A DNA stretch of 64,000 nt, from IMG/VR virus record IMGVR_UViG_3300027734_000064; one strand, 5' to 3'. The translations under genes were made by a program, and so were the position numbers. Source of the stretch: an uncultured virus (IMG/VR IMGVR_UViG_3300027734_000064) (lineage: Duplodnaviria > Heunggongvirae > Uroviricota > Caudoviricetes > Crassvirales). The notes beneath the pieces are model-generated. The model searched no databases. It saw only the letters and a list, made by a program, of their open reading frames with translations, and was not told the origin of the DNA. Shown piece by piece: positions 9,032-17,983 of the stretch (its first letter is position 1; every line of letters starts with the position of its first letter).

Positions 9032-9452
9032 ATTGAACAATGGGAATGGTGCTCTGCTATGCAATTGTTGTTCTGGCATCATTAAGACGGGGATAGACTT
9101 CTCTGACTTTGAACGCGAGGCAATGCTCGGAAATCAAGAGATGGCTCCTCAGTTCTGTAAAGAGTGCCAAGACATTGTTGTAATGGCTATTGAAATGGCA
9201 TATGCATATGAGGTGAGAAACTACTTAGATGTATTTACAAGCAGCCAAGACTGGGGAGTGAAGAAAGCGAAGCAAGGCATTTCATTTCACTTGTATAAGA
9301 TAAAAGGCATGAAGGTGAAAGACATTGCGCACCACTTAAGAATTAACCAATCAACTGTATACAAGTATATTAAAAATTATCAAAAATTATTTGATGAAAA
9401 CTTGTATTTCCGAAACTTAGTTTTAAATTTGAAATCCGATGAAAGATACTAA
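9015..9452 (+). CDS. Zn-finger plus HTH protein
   Basis: N-terminal CNCC...CKEC; C-terminal KDIAHHLRINQSTVYKY HTH. Confidence 0.7.
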   Translation: MKAIFKLNNGNGALLCNCCSGIIKTGIDFSDFEREAMLGNQEMAPQFCKECQDIVVMAIEMAYAYEVRNYLDVFTSSQDWGVKKAKQGISFHLYKIKGMKVKDIAHHLRINQSTVYKYIKNYQKLFDENLYFRNLVLNLKSDERY

Positions 9453-9768
9453 AGAAAAAATAACAGAAGTATGCAACGAAATTAAAGAATTGCTACTAGA
9501 AAAAAATAGAAAATATGGAGATTCGGCACTTAATCCAATCCGTATTTTAAGTAAATCAGACTCAGTTGAACAATTAAAAGTCAGAATTGATGATAAATTA
9601 AATAGATTGAAAAATTTACAAGAAGATGAAACCGAAGATACAATAACTGATTTGATTGGTTATCTTATATTGCTTAAGATAAGTATAACAAAGCAAGAAA
9701 TGGTTTTTTTTGAAAGTAAAAGTGGAGTTGGAATTACAGACGTGAGTTATTGGGGAGGCAAGTTATGA
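9439..9768 (+). CDS. Nucleotide-modification-associated domain 1 (DUF1599-like) protein
   Basis: KNRKYGDS...RIDDKLNRL...DTITDLIGY. Confidence 0.75.
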   Translation: MKDTKEKITEVCNEIKELLLEKNRKYGDSALNPIRILSKSDSVEQLKVRIDDKLNRLKNLQEDETEDTITDLIGYLILLKISITKQEMVFFESKSGVGITDVSYWGGKL

Positions 9769-9923
9769 AAGTATTTCAGAACGAAACATTCACAATAATA
9801 AAGTACAAGGAACTATACCATGTCTTTTTTACTTGGGAATACACCCATGCATTATTTATTGACCATAGTATTTATAGTTGCTATTGGTTTATTTTTAAAC
9901 AATACCTAAAAAATCTAATATGA
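9765..9923 (+). CDS. Hypothetical protein (52 aa, not in track)
   Basis: Fills the gap with ATGA overlaps at both ends. Confidence 0.5.
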   Translation: MKVFQNETFTIIKYKELYHVFFTWEYTHALFIDHSIYSCYWFIFKQYLKNLI

Positions 9924-10498
9924 ACACAACATTTGAAAAACTATCGAGCATTGACGTCACGAAGTACGTTGAAAAAAAACAAGGACAGAATTATTTGTCA
10001 TGGGCTAACGCATGGAGACTTGCGTGTATCAATTGCCCGAACACAAGCAGAACCATTTACGAAAGCGAAGATGGTCGCAATTACTTTACTGATGGCAAGA
10101 CTGCATGGGTGAAAGTTGGTGTGACTATTGACGGAGTTGAACACGTTGATCAGTTGCCAGTAATGAGTTTACGAAACAGCTCAATACCTGTTGATTCAAT
10201 TACATCATTCGATGTGAACAAAGCGATTCAACGTAGCACGGTGAAGGCCTTAGCATTGCATGGCCTTGGGATCAACATCTATGCTGGGGAAGACTTTGAG
10301 GAGGCTGACACATCTAAGGACGATGGCAAGCAGACTCAGATCGTGTTAAACATTGGCGATGAGAATTGGACGAAGGCAATTGCATATGTGCAGGCTAACA
10401 GAAAACTTGGAGCTAAGAAGTTAATTGATCAGTTAGCTAAGAAGTATGTGATTGACGACGTGATAACCACGGAGATTCAAAAAGAAATCACGCAGTAA
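9920..10498 (+). CDS. Sak3/DUF1071-like single-strand annealing protein
   Basis: VEKK...YLSWANAW, LPVM, NKAIQR..VKALALHGLGINIYAGED. Confidence 0.85.
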   Translation: MNTTFEKLSSIDVTKYVEKKQGQNYLSWANAWRLACINCPNTSRTIYESEDGRNYFTDGKTAWVKVGVTIDGVEHVDQLPVMSLRNSSIPVDSITSFDVNKAIQRSTVKALALHGLGINIYAGEDFEEADTSKDDGKQTQIVLNIGDENWTKAIAYVQANRKLGAKKLIDQLAKKYVIDDVITTEIQKEITQ

Positions 10499-10695
10499 TG
10501 ACAAAGGATGATTGGGTTGCCTATAGACCACTACTGGCAACCCATACAACATTCGGCAAGTACATCTCAAACGTAGACAAGAATTATTGTCTCGTCCAAT
10601 TTGAAGGCGTTGCCACCAAGTGCGAGAGCAAATCAGTAACTAAAATATACGAAAACAATCTAATTAAACAATTAAATGAAAAACACAAACATTAA
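10498..10695 (+). CDS. Hypothetical protein
   Basis: Coupled ORF. Confidence 0.6.
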   Translation: MTKDDWVAYRPLLATHTTFGKYISNVDKNYCLVQFEGVATKCESKSVTKIYENNLIKQLNEKHKH

Positions 10696-11431
10696 AGAGC
10701 AAATTGCTGATAGCAATGGTGCTCACACAGAACAACCAATTATCAATCAATTAATTAATGAGTTCAGAGAATGGAATCGTCAATGGGATTTGAGTCAAAC
10801 AAAAATGACTATAGATGAATTTAACGAATCATTAACTAAAAAATATCATGTATCTTTAAGCAATTCAAGTACTAATGGTATTCAAGATCCCGATATTCAA
10901 GGAACAATGAATTTATCAAACAAAACATTATTGCCAGACAATGTCAACACACCTGAAGAATATCTAGAGTATATGAATGCTATTGGATATTGGGATTATG
11001 TTAAAAAGTTAGAAAAGTTTAAAGAACAAATGAGCAATGATAATTTTAAAAAGTCACCAATTCATGATAAGAACGCAATTATTCAAATGATGGATGAATT
11101 AGAGCCACAAGAAATGATTGAATTGGTTGAATTTATCACGGTAAAATTAAAAGACAAAAAACAAACGGCATTAGAAAAGTTTATTGAAAAACTTGAAGAA
11201 CTTGGAGATTTAAGAGATTGCACATCAATTGGAGTGATTCAATTAAATATTTATAAAAACGAATACATTGAATTAAAAAGACAAGCCAAAGAAATGGAGA
11301 AGGAGCAACAAAAAAATACATGGGAAGATAGTAGATTAGAAGATAAAGGCGACAACTATATTGGAAAACAAAAATCTTTTGAAGACTACTACAACGAAAC
11401 ATTTACGGAGGTAACAAATGATAACGTTTAA
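10676..11431 (+). CDS. Mosaic QAKEME-family protein
   Basis: N- and C-termini match ORF 7470; longer middle. Confidence 0.75.
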   Translation: MKNTNIKEQIADSNGAHTEQPIINQLINEFREWNRQWDLSQTKMTIDEFNESLTKKYHVSLSNSSTNGIQDPDIQGTMNLSNKTLLPDNVNTPEEYLEYMNAIGYWDYVKKLEKFKEQMSNDNFKKSPIHDKNAIIQMMDELEPQEMIELVEFITVKLKDKKQTALEKFIEKLEELGDLRDCTSIGVIQLNIYKNEYIELKRQAKEMEKEQQKNTWEDSRLEDKGDNYIGKQKSFEDYYNETFTEVTNDNV

Positions 11432-11618
11432 AGCAAAAATAAAAGATTCAAAAATTTGGTTTGACGGAACAAGTTTAATTAAACATGATGAAAACTATAT
11501 TATCATGAAAGGTGATATGGAATGGGTATCAAATACAAAATGGGATAGTGCAGATAATGACTGGGATGTCATTGATATAAGTACTTTGATTATAGAAACA
11601 AAAGAAGGTAACAAATGA
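11418..11618 (+). CDS. Hypothetical (YopX-N-like) protein
   Basis: Repeat-to-repeat ORF. Confidence 0.6.
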   Translation: MITFKAKIKDSKIWFDGTSLIKHDENYIIMKGDMEWVSNTKWDSADNDWDVIDISTLIIETKEGNK

Positions 11619-12334
11619 ACATCGAACTACTCAAGGATGACGCCAACTATTATGGCGAGATGGGAAAGCAATTCCTATCCAACTCAGATATTGATGCCTT
11701 GTTAAGGGATCCATCAAGTTTTAAAAAGAACAAAGAAAAGACTGTCGACATGGTAAAGGGGAGTTACTTCCATACCTTGTTGATAGAGAAGGATAAGATT
11801 GACAACTTTGAGATTGTAAATGCATCAAGTAGAACTACAAATATATACAAAGATGCGTGTGCGGATGGTGAAATAAGATTATTGTCAGCAGAGAGAGACA
11901 TGATAGTGAAGATGGCAAAGGCAATATCAAGCAATATCATAACATACGACATGATTTATGATGACGTGATTGGCTACGAGGTTCCAATGGTCAAGGAAAT
12001 CATGGGACTGATGTGGAAAGGGAAGGCTGACATTGTGAAACCTAGCATTGTTTACGATTTAAAGTCCACTACTAAATTAGATGATTTCATGTTCAGTACC
12101 AGGAAGTACAACTACGACTCTCAGGCATGGCTCTATAATCAATTCTTTGGCAAGCCTATGGAGTTTATTGTGGTAGAAAAGGAAACTAACCGTGTTGCTA
12201 TTTTTGATTGCTCTGAGGAGTTCTTAGACAGAGGCAGAGAAAAAGTATCAAGGGCAGTTGAGCAGTACAATAAATTCTTTGGTCCAAATAAAACTGAAGA
12301 CATAAATGATTTTATTATTAAACAAACATTATGA
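11615..12334 (+). CDS. PD-(D/E)XK exonuclease (RecE/DUF3799-like)
   Basis: LSNS, GS.FH..L.E, KGKADI...DLKST, YD.QA.LY motifs. Confidence 0.85.
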   Translation: MNIELLKDDANYYGEMGKQFLSNSDIDALLRDPSSFKKNKEKTVDMVKGSYFHTLLIEKDKIDNFEIVNASSRTTNIYKDACADGEIRLLSAERDMIVKMAKAISSNIITYDMIYDDVIGYEVPMVKEIMGLMWKGKADIVKPSIVYDLKSTTKLDDFMFSTRKYNYDSQAWLYNQFFGKPMEFIVVEKETNRVAIFDCSEEFLDRGREKVSRAVEQYNKFFGPNKTEDINDFIIKQTL

Positions 12335-12525
12335 CAAGAGAAGAAAAATTAACCATGTACGAGGGAGTACATGATGAGATATTTGGTCTATGGCCAGTAT
12401 CGAAGGACGATGTGATGGATGACAAAGAGTTAATTAGCCTCATCTACCATTACAACAAAGCATTACAAGAATTATCAGACTATCTTCAAGAAAAGATGGA
12501 CGCATTAGAAACAACAGAAGAATAA
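12331..12525 (+). CDS. Hypothetical protein
   Basis: Coupled ORF. Confidence 0.6.
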   Translation: MTREEKLTMYEGVHDEIFGLWPVSKDDVMDDKELISLIYHYNKALQELSDYLQEKMDALETTEE

Positions 12526-12532
12526 AAAACAT

Positions 12533-12829
12533 ATGGCACAATTAGTATCAGTATCAATCGACGTGACTAAGATCACAAAGAGCAAGTTAAAAGATGGTAA
12601 GTATTTAAACTTTACCGTAGCACTTAACAATGAAACAAACGAGTGGGGTAAGAACGCCAGCGTTTGGGAAGAACAATCTAAGGAAGAGCGTGAGGCAAAA
12701 GACAAGAAAAACTATCTTGGATCAGGCAAAGTAGCATGGTCAGATGGTCAACTTGTCGAGCCACCTGCAAAAACCGACACAAGTAAACCCTCAAAAAAGA
12801 AGGAAGACTTGGACGAGTTGCCGTTCTAA
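12533..12829 (+). CDS. Single-stranded DNA-binding protein
   Basis: SIDVTKI...KYL...QSKEERE...YLG; acidic tail ending ELPF. Confidence 0.8.
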   Translation: MAQLVSVSIDVTKITKSKLKDGKYLNFTVALNNETNEWGKNASVWEEQSKEEREAKDKKNYLGSGKVAWSDGQLVEPPAKTDTSKPSKKKEDLDELPF

Positions 12830-12837
12830 TCTAATCA

Positions 12838-13032
12838 CCGACAGACACATAGCATCACTTAAGGTGGTGCTTGTGTCGAGTGTCGGAAAAAGTTGCCAAT
12901 TTCAGTATATATTAATTTATCTATTCTATTTTATTTTTATTTCATTTTAAAAATAAAAAAACGACACAAATGGGTTAAAAGAATTAAAAACAATAACTTA
13001 GCCTCTAAAAAATCGACATAAAACCGACACAA
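12838..13032. promoter_or_regulatory. CGACACAA-repeat/AT-rich region with long hairpin upstream of the primase-helicase
   Basis: Hairpin 12838-12886; CGACAC(A/T)A-type copies at 12962, 13014, 13025 and inverted at 12871. Confidence 0.55.
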
Positions 13033-13033
13033 C

Positions 13034-15406
13034 ATGACACAAATCACAGTTTTTAGAAACATTAAAGACACGTCAACGCCTTTCTTTAGGCCGATTGACG
13101 GGATACTTGCCCGAATCAAGGAAGGCAAGAATAAAGACATTATAAAACGCATCAGAGAAGAGAAGAACAAAGATGTTCGCAATGTCCTTAAACAGGAGTT
13201 GCCAGCGATTTGTTTCTCAGGCACATTCAATACGCGAAACGATAAAGCACTTATCGATCACAGTGGATTCATTTGCCTTGACTTCGATGGGTTTGAGAAG
13301 CAACACGAGTTGATTGCTAAGAAACAAGAATTAATAAAAGATAAGTACACCTATAGCGTATTCATTTCTCCGTCAGGAGACGGCCTTAAATTGATCGTAA
13401 GGATCCCAAAGGATGCAGACAACCACAAACACTATTTCAAGTCCTTAGAAGGCAAATATAACAGTCCTAACTTCGATATCAAGTGTAGTAACCTTTCACG
13501 AGTATGCTACGAGAGTTATGATCCACTAATTTTTATCAACCCAAATAGTGCCGTGTGGATGGATATGTCGCAAGGCAAGTACGAGGAAATGATAACCAAC
13601 GTCTCCAAGTCAACGATAAAGTTAAGCGACCAGAATGAAATCATCAGAAGGCTTAGGGTATGGTGGGATAAGAACTACGGCATGGTCGTAGGCGAGCGCA
13701 ACAACAATGTGTTCATTCTGGCATCAAGATACAATAAGTTTGGTATCAATAAAGACTTGGCCATGTACGCTCTTAGTGAGTTTGCGCATGAGGGCTTCGA
13801 GATGCCTGAGATAAAAGTTATCTGCGATAGCGCATACAAGAACAAAGATGAGCACAACACAAGGTTCTTTGAGGACATCGAGAAGGTTGATTCAATCAAG
13901 AAGCAACTTAAGGCTGGTGTATCAAAAAAGGAGATCCGTCTTCAACTGAGGGAGTCAGACATTGAAGACGATGTAATAGATGCTACCATCAATAGCATTG
14001 AGGATGACTCCCACCATGTTGAGTTTTGGGAACGATCAGAGAAGGGTGTAATAAAATTATTGCATTATAAGTTCAAAGAGTTCTTGGAGGACAATGGATA
14101 CTACAAGTATTCTCCTGAAGGGACAAAGAACTACATCTTTGTAAAGGTGACCAACAACTTAATCGACAACACAACAGAGGAAGAGATAAAAGATTTTATT
14201 CTTACTTACATTCTAAAATGTGGTGACATGGATGTATACAACTTCTTTGCGGACAAGACAAGGTTCTTCAAGGAAGACTTCTTGACCATGCTGTCTCACG
14301 TTGATGTTTATTTTATCTCAGACGAGAAAGACACATCATATCTTTACTATAAGAATTGTGCCGTGAAGGCAACGTGCAAGGACATCACGATTGTTGACTA
14401 CTTAGATTTGGGTGGTTATGTATGGAAGGACCAAGTTATTGACAGAGACTTCTTTATACAGCCAGTCGCAAATTGCGACTACAAGAGATTCATCAGTAAC
14501 ATCGCTGGTAATGAACCAGATAGAATTATGTCAGTTGAGAGCACCATTGGTTACCTTCTCCATGGCTTTAAGAATGTAGGGTATTGCCCGGCAGTGATTA
14601 TTAACGACGAGGTCATCTCTGACAACCCTGAAGGTGGAACGGGGAAGGGCTTGTTCGTGAATGCAATAAGCAAGATGAAGAAAATGGTCATCATCGATGG
14701 TAAGCAGTTTAGCTTTGAGAAATCATTTGCTTATCAGCTTGTCTCAGCAGACACACAGATACTGACATTTGATGACGTGAAGAAGCACTTTGACTTTGAG
14801 AGATTGTTCAGTATCGTTACCGAGGGGATCACGCTTGAGAAGAAGAATAAGGACGCGATTAAGATACCATTCAGTAGATCTCCAAAGATTGTCATTACGA
14901 CAAACTATGCGATCAAGGGGAAGGGTAACTCATTTGAGAGAAGGAAGTGGGAGCTTGAGTTTAAGAAACACTATAGCAAAGATTTCACACCTGAGGATGA
15001 CTTCGGCAGATTGCTGTTCAGCGATTGGGATGAGGACGAATGGCTGAGGTTTGACAACTACATGATATCAAATCTTAGGTTATACCTATGCGAAGGATTT
15101 GTGAAGAGTGACTTTAAGAATCTTAAGACGCGTAAGTTTATTGCTGAGACAGACCACAACTTCTGGGAGTGGGTTAGCAATGAAGGAACAATTGAACTTG
15201 AAACTAAATATTACAAACAACAACTATATGATATGTTTGTCTCTGACAACCCTGACTTTGGGCCGAGAGCTAAAATGTCAATATCAATGAACAGATTTTA
15301 TTCTTGGCTTGATGCGTATGGTCTTTACACGACTGGCATATTGCCAGAGAGTGGAAGGGATGGACGAGGTAGATGGATCATATATTATAAGCACAAACAA
15401 TTATGA
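13034..15406 (+). CDS. Primase-helicase (VirE-N/BT4734-like N-terminus, PriCT, SF3-like P-loop helicase)
   Basis: K..LP.I.FSG.F..R, DFD, SPSGDGLK; GERNN; Walker A GGTGKG; FDDV; ITTNY. Confidence 0.9.
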   Translation: MTQITVFRNIKDTSTPFFRPIDGILARIKEGKNKDIIKRIREEKNKDVRNVLKQELPAICFSGTFNTRNDKALIDHSGFICLDFDGFEKQHELIAKKQELIKDKYTYSVFISPSGDGLKLIVRIPKDADNHKHYFKSLEGKYNSPNFDIKCSNLSRVCYESYDPLIFINPNSAVWMDMSQGKYEEMITNVSKSTIKLSDQNEIIRRLRVWWDKNYGMVVGERNNNVFILASRYNKFGINKDLAMYALSEFAHEGFEMPEIKVICDSAYKNKDEHNTRFFEDIEKVDSIKKQLKAGVSKKEIRLQLRESDIEDDVIDATINSIEDDSHHVEFWERSEKGVIKLLHYKFKEFLEDNGYYKYSPEGTKNYIFVKVTNNLIDNTTEEEIKDFILTYILKCGDMDVYNFFADKTRFFKEDFLTMLSHVDVYFISDEKDTSYLYYKNCAVKATCKDITIVDYLDLGGYVWKDQVIDRDFFIQPVANCDYKRFISNIAGNEPDRIMSVESTIGYLLHGFKNVGYCPAVIINDEVISDNPEGGTGKGLFVNAISKMKKMVIIDGKQFSFEKSFAYQLVSADTQILTFDDVKKHFDFERLFSIVTEGITLEKKNKDAIKIPFSRSPKIVITTNYAIKGKGNSFERRKWELEFKKHYSKDFTPEDDFGRLLFSDWDEDEWLRFDNYMISNLRLYLCEGFVKSDFKNLKTRKFIAETDHNFWEWVSNEGTIELETKYYKQQLYDMFVSDNPDFGPRAKMSISMNRFYSWLDAYGLYTTGILPESGRDGRGRWIIYYKHKQL

Positions 15407-15684
15407 ACATAGAAGAAATTATTAAAGAGATTTGCGATGATCACGGAGTGAAACCAGAGCAAGTAATGTGCAAGACAAGTATGCACGAGTTGGCGGCAAT
15501 TAAGGCCGTAATCGCTTATGTATTATACTGGTATGTTAAGATGACTAAGTATGAGATTGCTGACATGATGCACGTGCATCATTACACGATCTGGAGGTAC
15601 AAAGAGATTGTCGAGCGACGTGTAAGACACGAGAAACCACTTGAGAAAAAGTTATTAAGGTATGTATTTAAGGATAAAATATGA
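15403..15684 (+). CDS. HTH protein (DnaA_C-like)
   Basis: IEEII..ICD..GV....V...; EIADMMHVHHYTI. Confidence 0.65.
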   Translation: MNIEEIIKEICDDHGVKPEQVMCKTSMHELAAIKAVIAYVLYWYVKMTKYEIADMMHVHHYTIWRYKEIVERRVRHEKPLEKKLLRYVFKDKI

Positions 15685-15851
15685 CAGAGAAAGAAGCAAT
15701 AATCATCCTGGCATATTACAACGACTGGCGAACGGGTGAAGACATCCCAATGCAAAAACCAGCTGTAATCACAGAAGCAATTAAAGTAATTATACAAAAA
15801 TTTAAAGAAAGAAATTATGTTCACGAAATCGTGAACGAACAAAAATTATGA
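15681..15851 (+). CDS. Hypothetical protein (56 aa, not in track)
   Basis: MTEKEAIIILAYYNDWR...; ATGA overlaps. Confidence 0.6.
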   Translation: MTEKEAIIILAYYNDWRTGEDIPMQKPAVITEAIKVIIQKFKERNYVHEIVNEQKL

Positions 15852-16108
15852 ACAACAAACCAAAATTAGAAAAGTGCTCATTCTCATTTGGGCAAGAAGG
15901 TAATACTAATGGCTCAACAGATACTTATGAAGAATTAACTATTGAATGCGAGTCTTCACTTGGTATAGATAACGATGAAGGTTGTTATTACGTTTTGAAA
16001 ACAAATGGTTGGAGTATAGATAATGTAAATGACTTGCAAGAGTTATTCGATAGGATTAGTAAATGCATTTATGATTCAACTAAGGGATTACCAGAAGCAA
16101 ATAGCTGA
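15848..16108 (+). CDS. Hypothetical protein
   Basis: Coupled ORF. Confidence 0.65.
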   Translation: MNNKPKLEKCSFSFGQEGNTNGSTDTYEELTIECESSLGIDNDEGCYYVLKTNGWSIDNVNDLQELFDRISKCIYDSTKGLPEANS

Positions 16109-17351
16109 TCAGGCCACTGCAATATTGCAGTCAAGTCAATTCGTATACCTGGCCCTTGAGGTTCGCACGGGTAAGACACTGACATCATTACAGATAGCCT
16201 CACAAGTTGGGGCCACATCTGTCCTGTTTGTTACAAAGAAAAAAGCCATTGGATCTATACAAAGCGACTACGACAAGTTGGCTCCGAGGTATAGCCTTGA
16301 GATTGTAAACTATGAGAGCCTTCACAAGATAAATATGTCAAGTTTATCGCTCATAATACTTGACGAAGCGCACTGCTTTGGGAAGTTTCCGAAGCCAAGC
16401 AAACGGGCAAAGGATGTGAAGGCCATTATTGACAAGCACAGATGCAAGGCCGTCTATTTGTCAGGCACACCATCTCCTGAGTCATACTCACAGATGTACC
16501 ATCAAATGTGGGTGCTTGGATCTGCGTCACCATTTGCTGCGTACACGAACTTCTACAAGTGGGCCAAAGATTATGTGGACATAAAGCAGCGCAAGATTAA
16601 TAGCTTGTTCATCAATGATTACTCACACGGAATACAAGAGAAGATCGACGCAAGAATGAAGCCGTACATTATCTCATTCACACAGAAAGAGGCAGGCTTT
16701 GAGTCAAGTGTTGAGGAAGAAATTCTCAGGGTTGATATGCCAGAGATTGTAAGTAAGTTATGCGATGACCTTGTCAGAGACAGAGTGATTGAAGGCAAGA
16801 AAGAAATTATCCTTGCAGACACTGGAGCCAAGCTGATGCAGAAGCTTCATCAATTATGCTCTGGCACAATAATATTTGAGTCAGGTGCGTCAATGATTGT
16901 GAGCGACTTTAAGGCAAAGTTTATACGTGAGAGGTTTGCCGGAAAACGAATAGCGATATTCTATAAGTTTAAGGCAGAGCTAATGGCGATAGAGCTAGCG
17001 TTTGGTGATAGTGTAACGACAGATTTAGCCACGTTTCAAAATGGGCTTTGTGACAATTTTGCTATACAAATTGTTACGGGAAGGGAAGGAATTAACTTGA
17101 GCGTTGCTGATCACATTGTGTTTTACAACATTGACTTTAGCGCAACGAGTTATTTTCAGGCAAAGGATAGGATGACAACCAAGGATAGGATGCACAACAA
17201 AGTTTACTGGGTATTCACAAAGGGTGGCATAGAGGAGAAGATTTATAAGGTGGTGCAAAAAAAGAAAAATTTTACAATTTCTCATTTCAAATATTCATAC
17301 AAACTATTATCTTTGCAGACCCATGTTAACCGAACAACAGGTACAAACTAA
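16071..17351 (+). CDS. SF2 (SNF2-like) helicase
   Basis: LRDYQ Q-motif, RTGKT, DEAH, SGTP, GREGINL, QAKDR. Confidence 0.9.
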   Translation: MIQLRDYQKQIADQATAILQSSQFVYLALEVRTGKTLTSLQIASQVGATSVLFVTKKKAIGSIQSDYDKLAPRYSLEIVNYESLHKINMSSLSLIILDEAHCFGKFPKPSKRAKDVKAIIDKHRCKAVYLSGTPSPESYSQMYHQMWVLGSASPFAAYTNFYKWAKDYVDIKQRKINSLFINDYSHGIQEKIDARMKPYIISFTQKEAGFESSVEEEILRVDMPEIVSKLCDDLVRDRVIEGKKEIILADTGAKLMQKLHQLCSGTIIFESGASMIVSDFKAKFIRERFAGKRIAIFYKFKAELMAIELAFGDSVTTDLATFQNGLCDNFAIQIVTGREGINLSVADHIVFYNIDFSATSYFQAKDRMTTKDRMHNKVYWVFTKGGIEEKIYKVVQKKKNFTISHFKYSYKLLSLQTHVNRTTGTN

Positions 17352-17571
17352 GAAGATCAAAGAGTTAGAGGCTGAAGGATATTACGTATTAAAATTAGTT
17401 AAGACTAACAAAAACGGAATTCCCGATTTATTAGCACTACACCCAGAGAAAGGGATCCTCTTCTGCGAGGTAAAGAGAGCAGATGGTAAGTTATCACCAC
17501 TACAAGAATACAGAATAAAAGAACTAAAAGAAAAAGGATTTAAAACAGAAGTACACTATGGAACAAAATAA
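17323..17571 (+). CDS. VRR-NUC nuclease (Holliday junction resolvase-like)
   Basis: E...Q, GIPDL, EVKR..GKLSPLQ. Confidence 0.9.
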   Translation: MLTEQQVQTKKIKELEAEGYYVLKLVKTNKNGIPDLLALHPEKGILFCEVKRADGKLSPLQEYRIKELKEKGFKTEVHYGTK

Positions 17572-17974
17572 AACAATCAACACGCTAATTAAATTAGCAC
17601 ACGAGAAGGCCAAGAATGGCGGATGGTGGGACGAAAAACGCAATGTCCCTGAATTATTAATGCTGATTGTCAGCGAGTTATCTGAAGGTCTCGAAGCTTT
17701 ACGCACCAATCATTATGCAAATAGGTCAATTACAACTGACTTATATAATGACCTTATTGTAAACTCGCATGACGAAGAGTTCATCTTAAATGAAGAACAA
17801 TGGAAGAATTCATTTGAGAACAACGTCAAGAATACTTTCGAAGATGAAATGGCAGACGTTGCTATCAGACTATTTGATTTGTGTGGAGGTCTTAACGTAG
17901 ATCTTGAGAAGCACATCGACCTTAAAATGAAGTACAACTCTATGCGTGGCTACAAACACGGTAAAAAATTCTAA
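17558..17974 (+). CDS. MazG-like nucleotide pyrophosphohydrolase
   Basis: LIVSELSE.LEA, EDEMADVAIR..D, KM.YN..R.YKHGKKF. Confidence 0.85.
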   Translation: MEQNKTINTLIKLAHEKAKNGGWWDEKRNVPELLMLIVSELSEGLEALRTNHYANRSITTDLYNDLIVNSHDEEFILNEEQWKNSFENNVKNTFEDEMADVAIRLFDLCGGLNVDLEKHIDLKMKYNSMRGYKHGKKF

Positions 17975-17983
17975 CAACAAAAA

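Larger units (their letters stand above)
6879..11618 (+). repeat. Dispersed gene-junction repeat GGAGGTAACAAATGA (7 copies)
   Basis: Copies at 6879, 7090, 7237 (1 mismatch), 7749, 7892, 11407, 11604 (1 mismatch); each supplies the ATG of the next ORF. Confidence 0.9.

Noticed and set aside
7470..11431. Diversity-generating retroelement to explain the duplicated segments
   Set aside because: No reverse transcriptase in the window and the differences are not an adenine-specific TR/VR pattern
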